Source of the DNA: an uncultured Chloroflexia bacterium
GTDB lineage: Bacteria; Chloroflexota; Dehalococcoidia; DSTF01; WHTK01
DNA length: 64,000 nt
Assembly (NCBI GenBank): GCA_963766645.1
Contig: CAVYAY010000003.1
Location: 352,554-416,553 of the forward strand
Reading direction: 5' to 3'
Part shown: positions 38,255 through 48,489 of the stretch, piece by piece
Position numbering within the stretch: position 1 is the stretch's first letter
Layout of the letters: each line of letters begins with the position of its first letter
Notes under the pieces: generated by a model
What the model saw: the letters and a program-made list of their open reading frames with translations, nothing else
Database searches by the model: none
What the model was told of the DNA's origin: nothing
Program-made: the position numbers and the translations under genes

Positions 38255-39592
38255 ATGCTCTCGATTCAAGACAACGAAACGCTCTGCCGCGTCGGTCCCG
38301 GCACGCCGATGGGCGACCTGATGCGGCAGTACTGGCTACCGCTGCTCTACAGCTGGGAGATCGTACCTGACGGCCCACCGCAGCGCGTCCGCATCCTCGG
38401 CGAGGACCTGATCGCGTATCGCACCACGGGCGGTGACGTCGGGCTGATCCAGAACGCCTGCCCGCACCGCGGCGCCTCGCTGTTCTTCGGCCGCAACGAG
38501 GAAGACGGCCTGCGATGCGTCTACCACGGCTGGAAGTTCGACGTCAGCGGCTCCTGCGTCGACATGCCGTCCGAGCCCGCGGAGTCCAACTTCAAGAACA
38601 AGGTCCGCGCCCACGCCTACGCGGCCGAAGACCAGGGCGGCATCGTCTGGGCCTACATGGGCCCGGATCAGGCCAATCCCCCCGGCGTGCCGGAGTTCGA
38701 ATGGTGCGGCCTGCCGGAAGAGCAGGTGCATCACCAGTACAAGGGCATCTACGAGTGCAACTGGATGCAGGCCCTCGAAGGCGACATCGACACCTCGCAC
38801 CTGTACCTGCTGCACGCCCGGCTTGAGCCCTCTCAGCCCGACATCTACGGCGTTTACCACCCCGACAAGGCGCCCCACCTCGACATCATCGACACGGACT
38901 ATGGGATCTACTACGGCGCCAGCCGCCAGGACGGGCCCAGCCGAACCTACTGGCGCACGACGCAGTACCTCTTCCCGGTATTCACGATGTTCCCCGGTAC
39001 TCCGGACGGCACCGTGCCGCAGCATATGTATACGCCGATCGACGACAACCACACGATGCACTGGGGCCTGCGCTGGCACCCGACTCGGAAGTTCGACGGC
39101 CCGCGCAAGCTACAGCAGGTCGTCACCAAGCTCCCGGAAGAAAACGGTATGGGGCCGATGAAGCCGACGCAGCACGGACGGCCCTACCCCGACTGGTGGC
39201 CCGTCGCAGAGCATGCCAACGACTTCCTCATGGACCGTGAGGTCCAGCGCACGATGAACTTCACAGGCATCCCGACCATCCGTCTTCAGGACGCCGCGGT
39301 AACTGCCAGCATGGGGACGATCACACCGAGGCACCGCGAGCACCTGGGCACGGTAGACGCGATGATCATCATGACGCGCCGCAAGCTCCTCAAGGCCGCC
39401 AAAGCGCTACGGGAATCAGGAACGCCGCCTCCAGCGGCAAGTGACCCGTCAGCCTTCCGCCGTCGCTCCTGCTCCACCGTCCTGCCGCCCGAGGTCATCT
39501 GGCACGAGGCGCTCGCGGACTGGCACGCGGCCCGCACCACGCAGGTGCCAACGGGCGAGACGCCGCAGGCAGAGGTAATACGGTCGACGTAG
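38255..39592 (+). CDS. Rieske oxygenase alpha subunit, phthalate-dioxygenase family, paralog 4
   Basis: ATG 38255 follows GGGAGGGA. MLSIQDNETLCRVGPGTPMGDLMRQYWLP, CPHRGASLFFGRNEEDGLRCVYHGW and NWMQALEGDIDTSHLYLLH are present. Confidence 0.9.
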   Translation: MLSIQDNETLCRVGPGTPMGDLMRQYWLPLLYSWEIVPDGPPQRVRILGEDLIAYRTTGGDVGLIQNACPHRGASLFFGRNEEDGLRCVYHGWKFDVSGSCVDMPSEPAESNFKNKVRAHAYAAEDQGGIVWAYMGPDQANPPGVPEFEWCGLPEEQVHHQYKGIYECNWMQALEGDIDTSHLYLLHARLEPSQPDIYGVYHPDKAPHLDIIDTDYGIYYGASRQDGPSRTYWRTTQYLFPVFTMFPGTPDGTVPQHMYTPIDDNHTMHWGLRWHPTRKFDGPRKLQQVVTKLPEENGMGPMKPTQHGRPYPDWWPVAEHANDFLMDREVQRTMNFTGIPTIRLQDAAVTASMGTITPRHREHLGTVDAMIIMTRRKLLKAAKALRESGTPPPAASDPSAFRRRSCSTVLPPEVIWHEALADWHAARTTQVPTGETPQAEVIRST

Positions 39593-39616
39593 GCATAGTG
39601 GGGCGCGTCGCCCCGC

Positions 39617-40885
39617 TCAAGCGCCTCGCGCGTAGACCGGCGACGCCGGGTAGGCCATCCGGCTCGCGATCGCGAACATCACGGCGGAGCCGCTGAACGT
39701 CAGCACGTACATCACGAGCGCCCAGTCGTAGGAGCCCGTGGTGTCGAAGATCAGCCCGGAAACCGACGGGCTGAGTATCTCGCCCATCGTCTCGATGACA
39801 ACGATAGCGCCCAGGATTGTGGCGAAGTGCCCCATGCCAAACGCCCGCGTCAGCGTCAGTGCTTCGATCATCGAGCCTGCAGTCGTCCCGATAACCCAGA
39901 GTCCGAGAAAGATCAGGACCCCAGAAATTCCCGTCCCTGTCAAAAGGAGCACGCCCATCCCGCACGCCAGCAGGCTGATCAGTCCCACCGCCGCGGTCTC
40001 GAAGCGTTGGAAGCGGTCCACAACCGTCCCGAGCGCCAGTCGCGAGACGATTCCCGCCCCTGACGCCAGCGAGACAAGGAGCGCCGCGGTCTCGCGCGAG
40101 ATGTCCCTCGACTCGAAGAACGGCACCAGGTGCACCGTCCAGCCAATCATCCCGTAGAAAAACAGCATCAGCCCGATCGAAAGCACCCAGAAAATCGGCA
40201 TCCGGATCGCTCGGCCCAATGTCAGGCTGGCTGCCGCTGCGCGCGATTCCCCGCTACGGCCCCGCGCTTCACCGAAGGCTTCTGTCTCCTCCGGCGTCGG
40301 GTCGTCTCGCAACACGAACACGGCCAGCGGCAGAACCAGCGCCGCCGAGATGATCCCGGAGAAGACGAACCCGCCGCGCCAGTCCGTAGCCTCGATCACC
40401 AGAGCCAGCAGCGGCAGCACCACGAAACCGCCCAGCGAAAACCCGACGCCGAGGATGCTCAGCGCCGCCCCGCGCCGGCGGTCGAACCACCGCGACGTTA
40501 GCGCTTGGAACGGGATGAAAAACATCATCTGGCGTGCCGCCGCGTTGATTGCCGAGAACAGGTACCACTGCCACAAAGAGCCTGTCGCGGCCAGCAGCTG
40601 AAACGTCAGCGCCGCCAGGATGCTGCCCACGATGACCGAAGAGCGCGGCCCGAATCTATCGATCCACCGCCCGATCGCCGGTCCTGCCAGGCCGCTGACC
40701 AGGATCCCCGCCGAAAAGCCCAACGAGACCTCGGCCCGCGACCAGCCGAACTCCTGCTCCAGCGGATGGACGTAGAGCCCCAACGACCACGCCGCCAGGC
40801 CGCTCACCACCGTCATGGCGGCAACAGAGGCCGCCAATATCCACCAGCCGTAGTAAATGCGGCGGGCCCCGCTGACATGTCTCAT
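39617..40885 (-). CDS. MFS transporter
   Basis: 12-TM pattern with N-terminus RRIYYGWWILAASVAAMTVVSG. Its start overlaps the stop of the upstream MFS gene (ATGA). Confidence 0.8.
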   Translation of the reverse strand: MRHVSGARRIYYGWWILAASVAAMTVVSGLAAWSLGLYVHPLEQEFGWSRAEVSLGFSAGILVSGLAGPAIGRWIDRFGPRSSVIVGSILAALTFQLLAATGSLWQWYLFSAINAAARQMMFFIPFQALTSRWFDRRRGAALSILGVGFSLGGFVVLPLLALVIEATDWRGGFVFSGIISAALVLPLAVFVLRDDPTPEETEAFGEARGRSGESRAAAASLTLGRAIRMPIFWVLSIGLMLFFYGMIGWTVHLVPFFESRDISRETAALLVSLASGAGIVSRLALGTVVDRFQRFETAAVGLISLLACGMGVLLLTGTGISGVLIFLGLWVIGTTAGSMIEALTLTRAFGMGHFATILGAIVVIETMGEILSPSVSGLIFDTTGSYDWALVMYVLTFSGSAVMFAIASRMAYPASPVYARGA

Positions 40886-42189
40886 GCGGTGCTGAGCTGC
40901 TCCTTGCCTTCGATGCCGGGCACCGGGCGGTTCGGCGGCTGCACGAAGTACAGACAAGCAAAGGCAGCGGCGATCCCGATCGCCACCAGCAGCAGGCCGA
41001 ACGTGTACGTCCCGAAAGCGTCCCGCGCTAGCGCGATGATGAACGGCCCGCCCGCCAGCGTCATCGCGCCCAGCGGCCTTCCTACGCCGCTGATAGCACC
41101 AACGTGCGCCCGTCCGAAGTACGCAGCCCAGACGAGGAAATGCAGCGGGATGTACGCCCCAACGTAGAAGCCCACCAGCGCGCCGTAAGCCAGCGCCGGC
41201 GAGCCAACGGTAGACGGGACCAGCAGGATCGCGGGCACCGCCAGGGCGCCGTAGCCCGTCAGCAGCAGCATTACCGATCTGAGCTCGAACCGGTTCGCCA
41301 ACGAGCCCCAGAAGAACTTCGCCGCGATCGACGCCACGCCGTAGAAGACCAGCGCTGTCGCGGCGGTATCGAGCTCCATGCCGCGGTCGACGAACAGGTT
41401 CGTCATGTTCGCCGGGAGGCCGTTCGCCGCCATCGCGCCGAACGCCACAGCCACGGTGAGGATCCAGAACGTGCGCGTGTGCATCGCCTCGCTCCGGGTA
41501 AAGCTTGCTTCCTCTCGCACCGGAGGCCTGACGATGTCCTGAGGCCTCCTTTCATCGCCGTCCGGGAGCAGGCCTATGTCCTCCGGCTCGCGCCGCAGGA
41601 AGATGGCGGGAAATGCTGAAAACAGGAAGGCTAGCAACCCCAGCACCAGCCACCCGCTGCGCCAGCCCAACGCGTGGTCGATAGCGACCAGGATCGTAGG
41701 CAGCACGAAGGCCGCGAGGCCCCCACCTGCCGACGCCAGCGACACGGCCATCCCGCGCCGTCTGACGAACCACTTCGGGATGATCACCGTCGCGCCGATC
41801 TGCAGCGCCTGGGCGATCCCGCCCACGACGCCAAACAGAAGCACGAATTGCAGCTCTGACTGCACCACGCTGATCAGCAGCAGCGCCGCAACGTTGATCA
41901 GACCACCCAGGAGCGCCAGCAGGCGGATACCATGCTCACGGTCCATGTAAGGACCCACGAAGGGCGCTACAACAATGCCTGTCCAGCCGCGCAGGCTCAA
42001 CGCGAAGAAGAAGGCTGAGTTGCCCCAGCCCAGGTCTTCCTTCATCGGGATCGCGAAGATGCTGGCGGCCCAGGTCAGGCCAATGCCGAAGAATGTCGTG
42101 AACAGGGCGATGACGACGATAACCCAGCCGTAGAAGAAGGGCATTCGGCGCTGCCAGGAAGTCGATCCGTGAGTCGTGCCTTGCTTCAT
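40882..42189 (-). CDS. MFS transporter (paralog, translationally coupled to the next)
   Basis: 435 aa with N-terminus RRMPFFYGWVIVVIALFTTFFGIG. It is polytopic. Confidence 0.8.
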   Translation of the reverse strand: MKQGTTHGSTSWQRRMPFFYGWVIVVIALFTTFFGIGLTWAASIFAIPMKEDLGWGNSAFFFALSLRGWTGIVVAPFVGPYMDREHGIRLLALLGGLINVAALLLISVVQSELQFVLLFGVVGGIAQALQIGATVIIPKWFVRRRGMAVSLASAGGGLAAFVLPTILVAIDHALGWRSGWLVLGLLAFLFSAFPAIFLRREPEDIGLLPDGDERRPQDIVRPPVREEASFTRSEAMHTRTFWILTVAVAFGAMAANGLPANMTNLFVDRGMELDTAATALVFYGVASIAAKFFWGSLANRFELRSVMLLLTGYGALAVPAILLVPSTVGSPALAYGALVGFYVGAYIPLHFLVWAAYFGRAHVGAISGVGRPLGAMTLAGGPFIIALARDAFGTYTFGLLLVAIGIAAAFACLYFVQPPNRPVPGIEGKEQLSTA

Positions 42190-42236
42190 CCAGTCTGCCG
42201 CCAGTGCTCGCGGGGCCTTCCGACGTTAGGCCCGGC

Positions 42237-42605
42237 TCACAATAGCTTGTTCATCAAGGAAGGCAAGACGCGGTCCGAGTCTGTCGCATAGGCTGGCCCG
42301 TTCACCACCACGTACGTCATCTCGCCATCGAACTCGTACGGCGTGCCCGCCGCGATGAATACGACGTCTCCGTCTGTAACGGGCTCCGGCTCATCCGCGT
42401 CCCCAATCAGAAAACGGCCCGTGCCCGAGAGGATGTAATAAGCGCGCTCGCTGGTCTCATTGACCACGCGGTCGTGGTGGCCCCAGATTCGCACCCAGGT
42501 CATGCTCAGGCTGGTGCTGTGCTCGTCTATGTTGATCAGTCGCTTCAGGACAAGGGGGCGCGGTTCCTGCGGGATCTCGAGCTGCTCCCCAGCGTGAATG
42601 ATCAC
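42237..42605 (-). CDS. Cupin-domain protein
   Basis: 122 aa. MTWVRIWGHHDRVVNETSERAYYILSGTGRFLIGD...GDVVFIAAGTPYEF fits a single cupin barrel. Confidence 0.7.
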   Translation of the reverse strand: MIIHAGEQLEIPQEPRPLVLKRLINIDEHSTSLSMTWVRIWGHHDRVVNETSERAYYILSGTGRFLIGDADEPEPVTDGDVVFIAAGTPYEFDGEMTYVVVNGPAYATDSDRVLPSLMNKLL

Positions 42606-42705
42606 CGTGGGCCTCCTACGGATATTGGCTTCGGCGGGGATTATGGCACCGCGGCGCCATCACCTCCAACAATCCGTGAGGTGGGTTGTCCGGGAAGGAC
42701 GTTCG

Positions 42706-43473
42706 CTAGGAGACTGAACCAGCGCCCAGCGTCAACCGGCGCCACCCGAGCTGCTCAACGCCGTACCGCAAAAGGGCATACAGGAAGACCGCCGCCCCAG
42801 CCATCTCCAGGGGGTCCTGGAGGAGATTGCTCCACCCAACTTGAGTCTGGTAACCCTTTGAGACCAGAAAGCCTTCGAGCATCTCAGCGAACAACGCTCC
42901 AGAGACGTAGATAGCACCAGCGCCGAAGAACAAAGCGAGGTAGAGACGTGGCAGGGACCTGAACGAACGCCAGTAATTCAGGCCGACGACTGCTGCGAAT
43001 ATTGAACCAGGGATGACCCAGGCAAATTGCAAGAAGCCACCAGTTTCGACGACGGTGCCGAGGTAGGCGCCAGTGGTCTCATGGAACCCCACCTGCTCAT
43101 CGATTGACATTGCGACGAAGATCAGGCCCAGCACCAACCAAGCGGTGCGACGCGGCCCCCTCCGGCTCATTTCCCACTCCGAAATCGTAAGAAGCACCAC
43201 GCCACAGCCGAGCAGCAGCACCACGCTATACCAAGTGGGCAAGCTCTGCTCTTGCTGGAGCCTGAAAAGGCTGCGCGCCCTCTCTCCGTCGGAGCCTGCT
43301 CCGACCCTAAGCAGGTCATTCACGAAAAAATCTGTCGAGAGAACATGAAGGACGGTGAGAAAAGCGGTCAGGATAAGGCTCCAGCGCAGAACCAGCGCGG
43401 GAAGGTGAGCCAGGTCAATCGACCAGGTGGACTCCCCCTCACCCCGAGTGTCTGGCGGAGTGTTTAGCGTCAT
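42706..43473 (-). CDS. Hypothetical integral membrane protein
   Basis: About 6 hydrophobic segments and lower local G+C. I recognise no family. The start was chosen at MTLNTPPD; the ORF is open to 43602. Confidence 0.45.
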   Translation of the reverse strand: MTLNTPPDTRGEGESTWSIDLAHLPALVLRWSLILTAFLTVLHVLSTDFFVNDLLRVGAGSDGERARSLFRLQQEQSLPTWYSVVLLLGCGVVLLTISEWEMSRRGPRRTAWLVLGLIFVAMSIDEQVGFHETTGAYLGTVVETGGFLQFAWVIPGSIFAAVVGLNYWRSFRSLPRLYLALFFGAGAIYVSGALFAEMLEGFLVSKGYQTQVGWSNLLQDPLEMAGAAVFLYALLRYGVEQLGWRRLTLGAGSVS

Positions 43474-43663
43474 CGGTGAAGTGTCCCGCTTGATCGCAAG
43501 TATGGCCAAACCTTTACCCTCGTCTTTGAAAACGCTCTCCTGACCATCCTGTTTCAGCCCGCTGAGCTGGAAGCCCGTGGAACAGAAAACCTGGACTCCC
43601 AACCTGATAATCTAAGCGTCACGGCAAGGAGACAACCTTGACCACCGATTCTAGCGTCTGCTC

Positions 43664-44305
43664 ATGGATGTAAAGCCGATCCAGTTCACCAGCGCTGGCC
43701 TCCAGCTCGAAGGCCTGCTCTACGCGCCCGACACGGCCCTAACCGCCGCGGTCGTCATCTGCCACCCGCACCCCCTCCGCGGCGGCGATATGCTTAACAA
43801 CGTCGTCGCCGCCATCGCAAGCGGGGTGCTCGCTGCCGGCTTCGCCGCCCTGACCTTCAACTTCCGCGGCGTCGGCGCCAGCCAGGGCACGCACGACGAG
43901 GGCCGTGGCGAGCAGGACGACGTCCGCGCCGCGCTCAAGTACGCAGCCTCAGTCGATGGCATCGAGCGCGTTGGCCTCGCCGGCTACTCCTTTGGCGCCG
44001 GCGTCGCTTCCTCAGTAGCGCCTGAATACGGAGCCTCGCTCCCCGTCGCCCTGACCTCGCTTCCGACCGGCGCCGCCGACACTGCCTCCCGCCTCGAAGC
44101 TTGCCCCGGCCCTTTGCTTCTCATCTCCGGCGACGCCGACCACGTCAGCTTCCCTGAGCAGCTGTTACTCGCCGCCCAGAACCGCCCAGACGATTCGACC
44201 GAGGTCGTAATCGCCCCCGGCGTCGACCACTTCTGGCGCGGCGCCGAGCCTCTTCTCGAGCAGCACGTCGCGGCCTTCTTCACGAGACACCTCGGCGCGG
44301 CCTGA
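43664..44305 (+). CDS. Alpha/beta hydrolase (small, dienelactone-hydrolase-like)
   Basis: 213 aa with VVICHPHPLRGGDM and the nucleophile elbow GLAGYSFGAG (GxSxG). Confidence 0.7.
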   Translation: MDVKPIQFTSAGLQLEGLLYAPDTALTAAVVICHPHPLRGGDMLNNVVAAIASGVLAAGFAALTFNFRGVGASQGTHDEGRGEQDDVRAALKYAASVDGIERVGLAGYSFGAGVASSVAPEYGASLPVALTSLPTGAADTASRLEACPGPLLLISGDADHVSFPEQLLLAAQNRPDDSTEVVIAPGVDHFWRGAEPLLEQHVAAFFTRHLGAA

Positions 44306-44359
44306 ACCCCGCCTATAATCGTCACGCCCCGCAGCGCCGAATCGAGGAGGCAGTCTCAC

Positions 44360-46040
44360 ATGGCAGTCCTGGGCAAACACGCCGTAATGCAGCAGCTCCT
44401 GGCCGAAGGCACGAAGTACGTCTTCGGTAACCCTGGTTCCACGGAGCTTGCCTTCATGGATGGCCTGCAGGACTACCCGGAGTTGGAATACATCCTCGGC
44501 CTGCACGAAACCGTCCCGCTTGCCATGGCAGACGGCTACGCCCGCGCCACCCACAAGCCCGCCGTCGTCAACGTCCACATCGCGCCCGGCCTCGCCAACG
44601 CGATGAGCATGATCTACAACGCCCGCAAGAACGGCGCGCCGCTCGTCGTCACCGTCGGCCAGCAGGACACGCGCTACACCGCGACCGAGCCCTTGCTCTA
44701 CGGCCGACCTCGTCCGGTTCGCCGAGCCCTGGACGAAGTGGGTCGGCGAGGCTCATCGCGCCGACGACATCCCGATGCTAATGCGGCGCGCCTTCAAGGT
44801 CGCCGCCGAGCCGCCGCAGGGCCCCGTCGTCCTCAGCCTGCCGCAGGACGTCCTCGACGGCGAGGTCGACGAGCCGATCACGCCGACCACCCACACCGAG
44901 CTGGGCCAGCCGCCCCGACCCCTCAACCGCCGCTCGCATCGCCCGCTACCTCGCCGAGGCCGAGAACCCGATCATCCTCTGCGGCGACAACATGGCGCTC
45001 TCCAATGCCGCACCCTGATGTCGCCGCGCTGGCGGAGCTGGCGGGCTGCCCGGTCTCGCAGACGGCCAGCCGTCAGTGGAACTTCCCCACCAACCATCCG
45101 CTCTTCGTCGGTCCGCTGGGCTTCCTCGGCGGCGCCAAGGAGTCGTTGGCCGGCCACGACGTCATCGTCGCCATCGGAACGCGGCAACCCGTTCATGCCG
45201 CTGTTCTACGAGGGCGGCAGCCCGATCCCGGACGGCGCCGTCTTCATCCAGATCGACGTCGATTCCTGGGAGCTGGCGAAGAACTATCCCGTCACGATGA
45301 GCGTCCTCGCCGACACGGCCTGGACCGCCCGCGACGTCCGCGAAGCCCTAGACCGCGCCCTGACGCCGGCTCAACGCGCCAACTGCGAGCAACGCGCCGC
45401 CGAGATCGCGCAATCGACAATCGAAATGCGCGCCAAAGCGCAGGAGCAGCTACGTAGCGAGTGGGACGATAGCCCAATCAGCCCAATGCGCCTCGTCGCC
45501 GAGGTCCGTGACGCCGCGCCGCGCGACACCGCGTTCGTCGGCTCCGGCGGCACCTCCGGGCGCGCGCCGTTCGCCCAGCTCATCGAGCTGACGCAGCCCG
45601 ACTCCTTCTTCGACGGCAACGCCTCGCTGGGCTTCCCGCTGCCCGGCACCCTGGGCGTCAAGCTCGCGCTGCCCGGACCGACCCGTCATCGGTCTCTTGC
45701 GCGAGGGCGATAGCATGTACAGCATCCAGGGCCTCTGGACCGCGGCGAAGTACAACATCGACGTCACCTACGTCGTCTTCAACAACGCCAGCTACCGCAT
45801 CCTCAAGCAGGGCATGGTGCGCTACCTCGGCGCCACGTGAGCGCAAGAGCGAGTTCCTCGGCATGAACTTCGGCGAGCCCGCGATCGATCTCGCGAAGCA
45901 GGCCGCCGTCTGGGACATCCCCGCGTCCCGCGTCGACCACCCGGCAGACATCGCCCCGGCGCTGCAAACAAGCCCTCGACCACGACGGCCCCTCCCTCGT
46001 CGACGTCGTCATCGACGGCAGCTACGGCCACCACTTCTAG
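44360..46040 (+). pseudogene. ThDP-dependent decarboxylase/acetolactate-synthase-family enzyme (benzoylformate-decarboxylase-like), several frame changes
   Basis: The N-terminus MAVLGKHAVMQQLLAEGTKYVFGNPGSTELAFMDGL...HIAPGLANAMSMIYNARKNGAPLVVTVGQQ is intact. Later pieces are in ORFs 44775..45713 and 45863... The tail ALDHDGPSLVDVVIDGSYGHHF-stop ends at 46040. Confidence 0.75.
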
Positions 46041-46069
46041 CCCACCACTTCCACAGCGGGAGGCAAACA

Positions 46070-47809
46070 ATGACCGCGCGCAGGCTCCTGACCGAAACAG
46101 TCCCCGTACCCCAGGCCATCGCCCAGGTCCTCGAAGAAGGCGGCGTCCGCTTCGTCTTCGGTATGCCCGGCGGCCGCACGATCCCGATTTACGACGCCCT
46201 TTACGACCGCCGCGCCACGATCCGCACCGTCCTGGCGCGGGAGGAAGGCCTCGCCGCCGTCATGGCTGACGCCCACGGCCGCCTCACGGGCCGTCCCGCC
46301 GTCGCCATGGGCCAGGCCGCCTTCATGCTGACGAACGCGGGCATGGGCATCGTCGAGGCTTATCTTGCCGGCAGCCCCATGCTCGTCATTGCCGACCTCA
46401 GCGATGGGCACCCCTTCACGCAGCACGGCCCGTATCAGTCCGGCAGCGGTGACTTCGGCAGCTGGGACGCCCGCGACGTGATCCGCGGCTACACGAAAGA
46501 GGTCTTCGTCGCCCGCGACGCCGCGTCCGCCGTCCAGATGACGCAGCTCGCACTCAAGCATGCCACCACCGGCCAGCCGGGCCCTGTCGCGCTGCTCTTC
46601 CACAGCGCCGCGCTCGCGGGCAGCGTCGGCCCCCAAACGACGCCGCGCCTCTACGCCACGGAGCAGTACTTGCCCTCGCAGCGCGAAACCGCTAACGCTG
46701 ACGACGTCGCCGCAGCCGTCGAGGCGCTGGCGCGGGCCTCTCGACCCGTCATCCTCGCCGGCAACGGCGTCCGCATGAGCGCCGCCCAGACACGGCTACG
46801 AGAGTTGGCCGAGTTGCTCGGAGCGCCCGTCGCCACCACAGCTGCCGGCAAAGGCACGTTCCCGGAGACGCACCCCCTCGCCCTCGGCGTCTTCGGCAAC
46901 TTCGGCCTCGAAGCCGCCAACGCCACTGTGGCAGACTCGGACCTCGTCCTCGCCGTCGGCACCAAACTCGGCCCCACCGACACCGCGAACGAGAACCCTG
47001 CCCTGCTCGACCCCGAGCGCCAGGTCTTCCTGCAGATTGATGTCGAGCCGCGTCACGCCGGCTGGTCGTTCCCCGTCCAGCACCCCCTGATCGGCGATGC
47101 CGCGGCCGTCCTGGGACAGCTGGTCGACGCCGTGCGTCAGGCCGAGCTCCCCGGGCGCGTCAACGGCGCGCAGGAGGTCGCCGAGGCCCACCGCGCTCAC
47201 GCCTCGTTCAACGTCCCCGAGTCCGAATCCACAGCGTGGCCGATCCTGCCGCAGCGCCTCATCGCGGACTTGCACGGCGCCGCGCCGGACGATTGCATCA
47301 TCACCTGCGACGCCGGCGAGAACCGGCTGTTCATGATGCATCACTTCCAGACAAAGGGAACCATGGAGTACCTGCAGCCCGCCGCGGTCGGCGGCATGGG
47401 CTACGCCGTACCCGCGGCACTCGCCGCGAAGCTAATCCACCCGCAGCGCGGCGTCATCGCCGTCTGTGGCGACGGCGGCTTCGGCATCGCCCTCAACGGC
47501 CTGCTCACCGCCATCGAGCAGCGCATCGACATCGTCACCGTCGTCTTGAACAACTCGGCGCTCGGCTGGGTGCGGCACGGCCAGGGCGACCGTCCCATCG
47601 CCTCCAGCTTCCACGCCTTCGACTACGCCGCGATCACCCGCGCCATGGGCTGCGAGTCCTACCGGGTCGAAGACCCAGCCGAAATCACGCCTTCAATCGA
47701 GAAAGCGCTCGGCCGCGGCAAGCCCGCCGTCGTAGAGGTCATTACGTCCCTCGACGCGACCTTCCGAGACGTGACGTCTCCGTTAGCCGCCTACCCGCTG
47801 CGCGCATAG
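46070..47809 (+). CDS. ThDP-dependent acetolactate-synthase-family enzyme (intact)
   Basis: ATG 46070 follows GGGAGG. It contains GVRFVFGMPGGRTIPIYDAL and the ThDP motif GDGGFGIALNGLLTAIEQRIDIVTVVLNNSALGW. Confidence 0.85.
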   Translation: MTARRLLTETVPVPQAIAQVLEEGGVRFVFGMPGGRTIPIYDALYDRRATIRTVLAREEGLAAVMADAHGRLTGRPAVAMGQAAFMLTNAGMGIVEAYLAGSPMLVIADLSDGHPFTQHGPYQSGSGDFGSWDARDVIRGYTKEVFVARDAASAVQMTQLALKHATTGQPGPVALLFHSAALAGSVGPQTTPRLYATEQYLPSQRETANADDVAAAVEALARASRPVILAGNGVRMSAAQTRLRELAELLGAPVATTAAGKGTFPETHPLALGVFGNFGLEAANATVADSDLVLAVGTKLGPTDTANENPALLDPERQVFLQIDVEPRHAGWSFPVQHPLIGDAAAVLGQLVDAVRQAELPGRVNGAQEVAEAHRAHASFNVPESESTAWPILPQRLIADLHGAAPDDCIITCDAGENRLFMMHHFQTKGTMEYLQPAAVGGMGYAVPAALAAKLIHPQRGVIAVCGDGGFGIALNGLLTAIEQRIDIVTVVLNNSALGWVRHGQGDRPIASSFHAFDYAAITRAMGCESYRVEDPAEITPSIEKALGRGKPAVVEVITSLDATFRDVTSPLAAYPLRA

Positions 47810-47876
47810 ATAGGGTGTCTTCCTTAAACCGAGTCCGCTCGCCTGAGACTTTCGGTGCAGAGCCACTTGGGCAACC

Positions 47877-48437
47877 TCAAGGGACGTTCGGTGCTTGCAC
47901 CCAACCCGTCTCATCCACCGAACCGTCGGCGTTTCTCCAGCGAACGAATGCAACGTCTGGATTCTGTCCTCGGCCGGGCGGGTCGCCGGGTTCGAAGCCC
48001 TCCGGCCAACCGTTAGTCTCTCGGATCGGGAACCTTTCCTGATGCTCTGGTCGAAGTCCCGCGAACGTTGCGTGGCGTCGTGGAGACGTGAGTACAACCA
48101 GAATGTCCGTGGCTGGACCCGGTCCCTGATTGGTGACTACTAGACCGCCTTTACCACTCCAGCCGTCGACTACGAGCCTCGTCCGTTGCCGGCGCTGTCG
48201 TTCATCTTCGTTCGCTCGGACTGAAGCGCGCTGCAGTTCCAGTCCCTCGTTCGCTAGTAGGTTCGACTTATCGGCAGCTTCCGCCGAACGAACTGCGGCA
48301 TCGGCCGAACGCTTAGCGACGGTCACGCTTTCTTCCGCGGCGCCGGCCGACTTTTCCGACGCGGCCGCAGATTTAGCAGCAAAGAAGAGCGCGACTACAG
48401 CGACGACCGCCGAAAAAATGGCAAGAGCTTCCGTCAT
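47877..48437 (-). CDS. Hypothetical membrane-anchored protein
   Basis: 186 aa. The N-terminal TM is LAIFSAVVAVVALFFAA, followed by an Ala/Glu/Ser-rich helix and a C-terminal domain (LVVDGWSGKGGLVVTNQGPGPATDILVVL). I recognise no family. It lies 52 nt downstream of the 2-hydroxyacid dehydrogenase gene on the same strand. Confidence 0.45.
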   Translation of the reverse strand: MTEALAIFSAVVAVVALFFAAKSAAASEKSAGAAEESVTVAKRSADAAVRSAEAADKSNLLANEGLELQRASVRANEDERQRRQRTRLVVDGWSGKGGLVVTNQGPGPATDILVVLTSPRRHATFAGLRPEHQERFPIRETNGWPEGFEPGDPPGRGQNPDVAFVRWRNADGSVDETGWVQAPNVP

Positions 48438-48489
48438 TTCAGTTCCGCCGCACTGAGAACCGCTTTAGAGAACTTCCCCTGTCCGCTAC

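Noticed and set aside
45863-47809. 648-aa ORF for the second ThDP enzyme
   Set aside because: The first 69 codons are out-of-frame read-through of the 3-prime end of the upstream broken ThDP gene. The conserved protein starts at ATG 46070, behind a GGGAGG ribosome-binding site.
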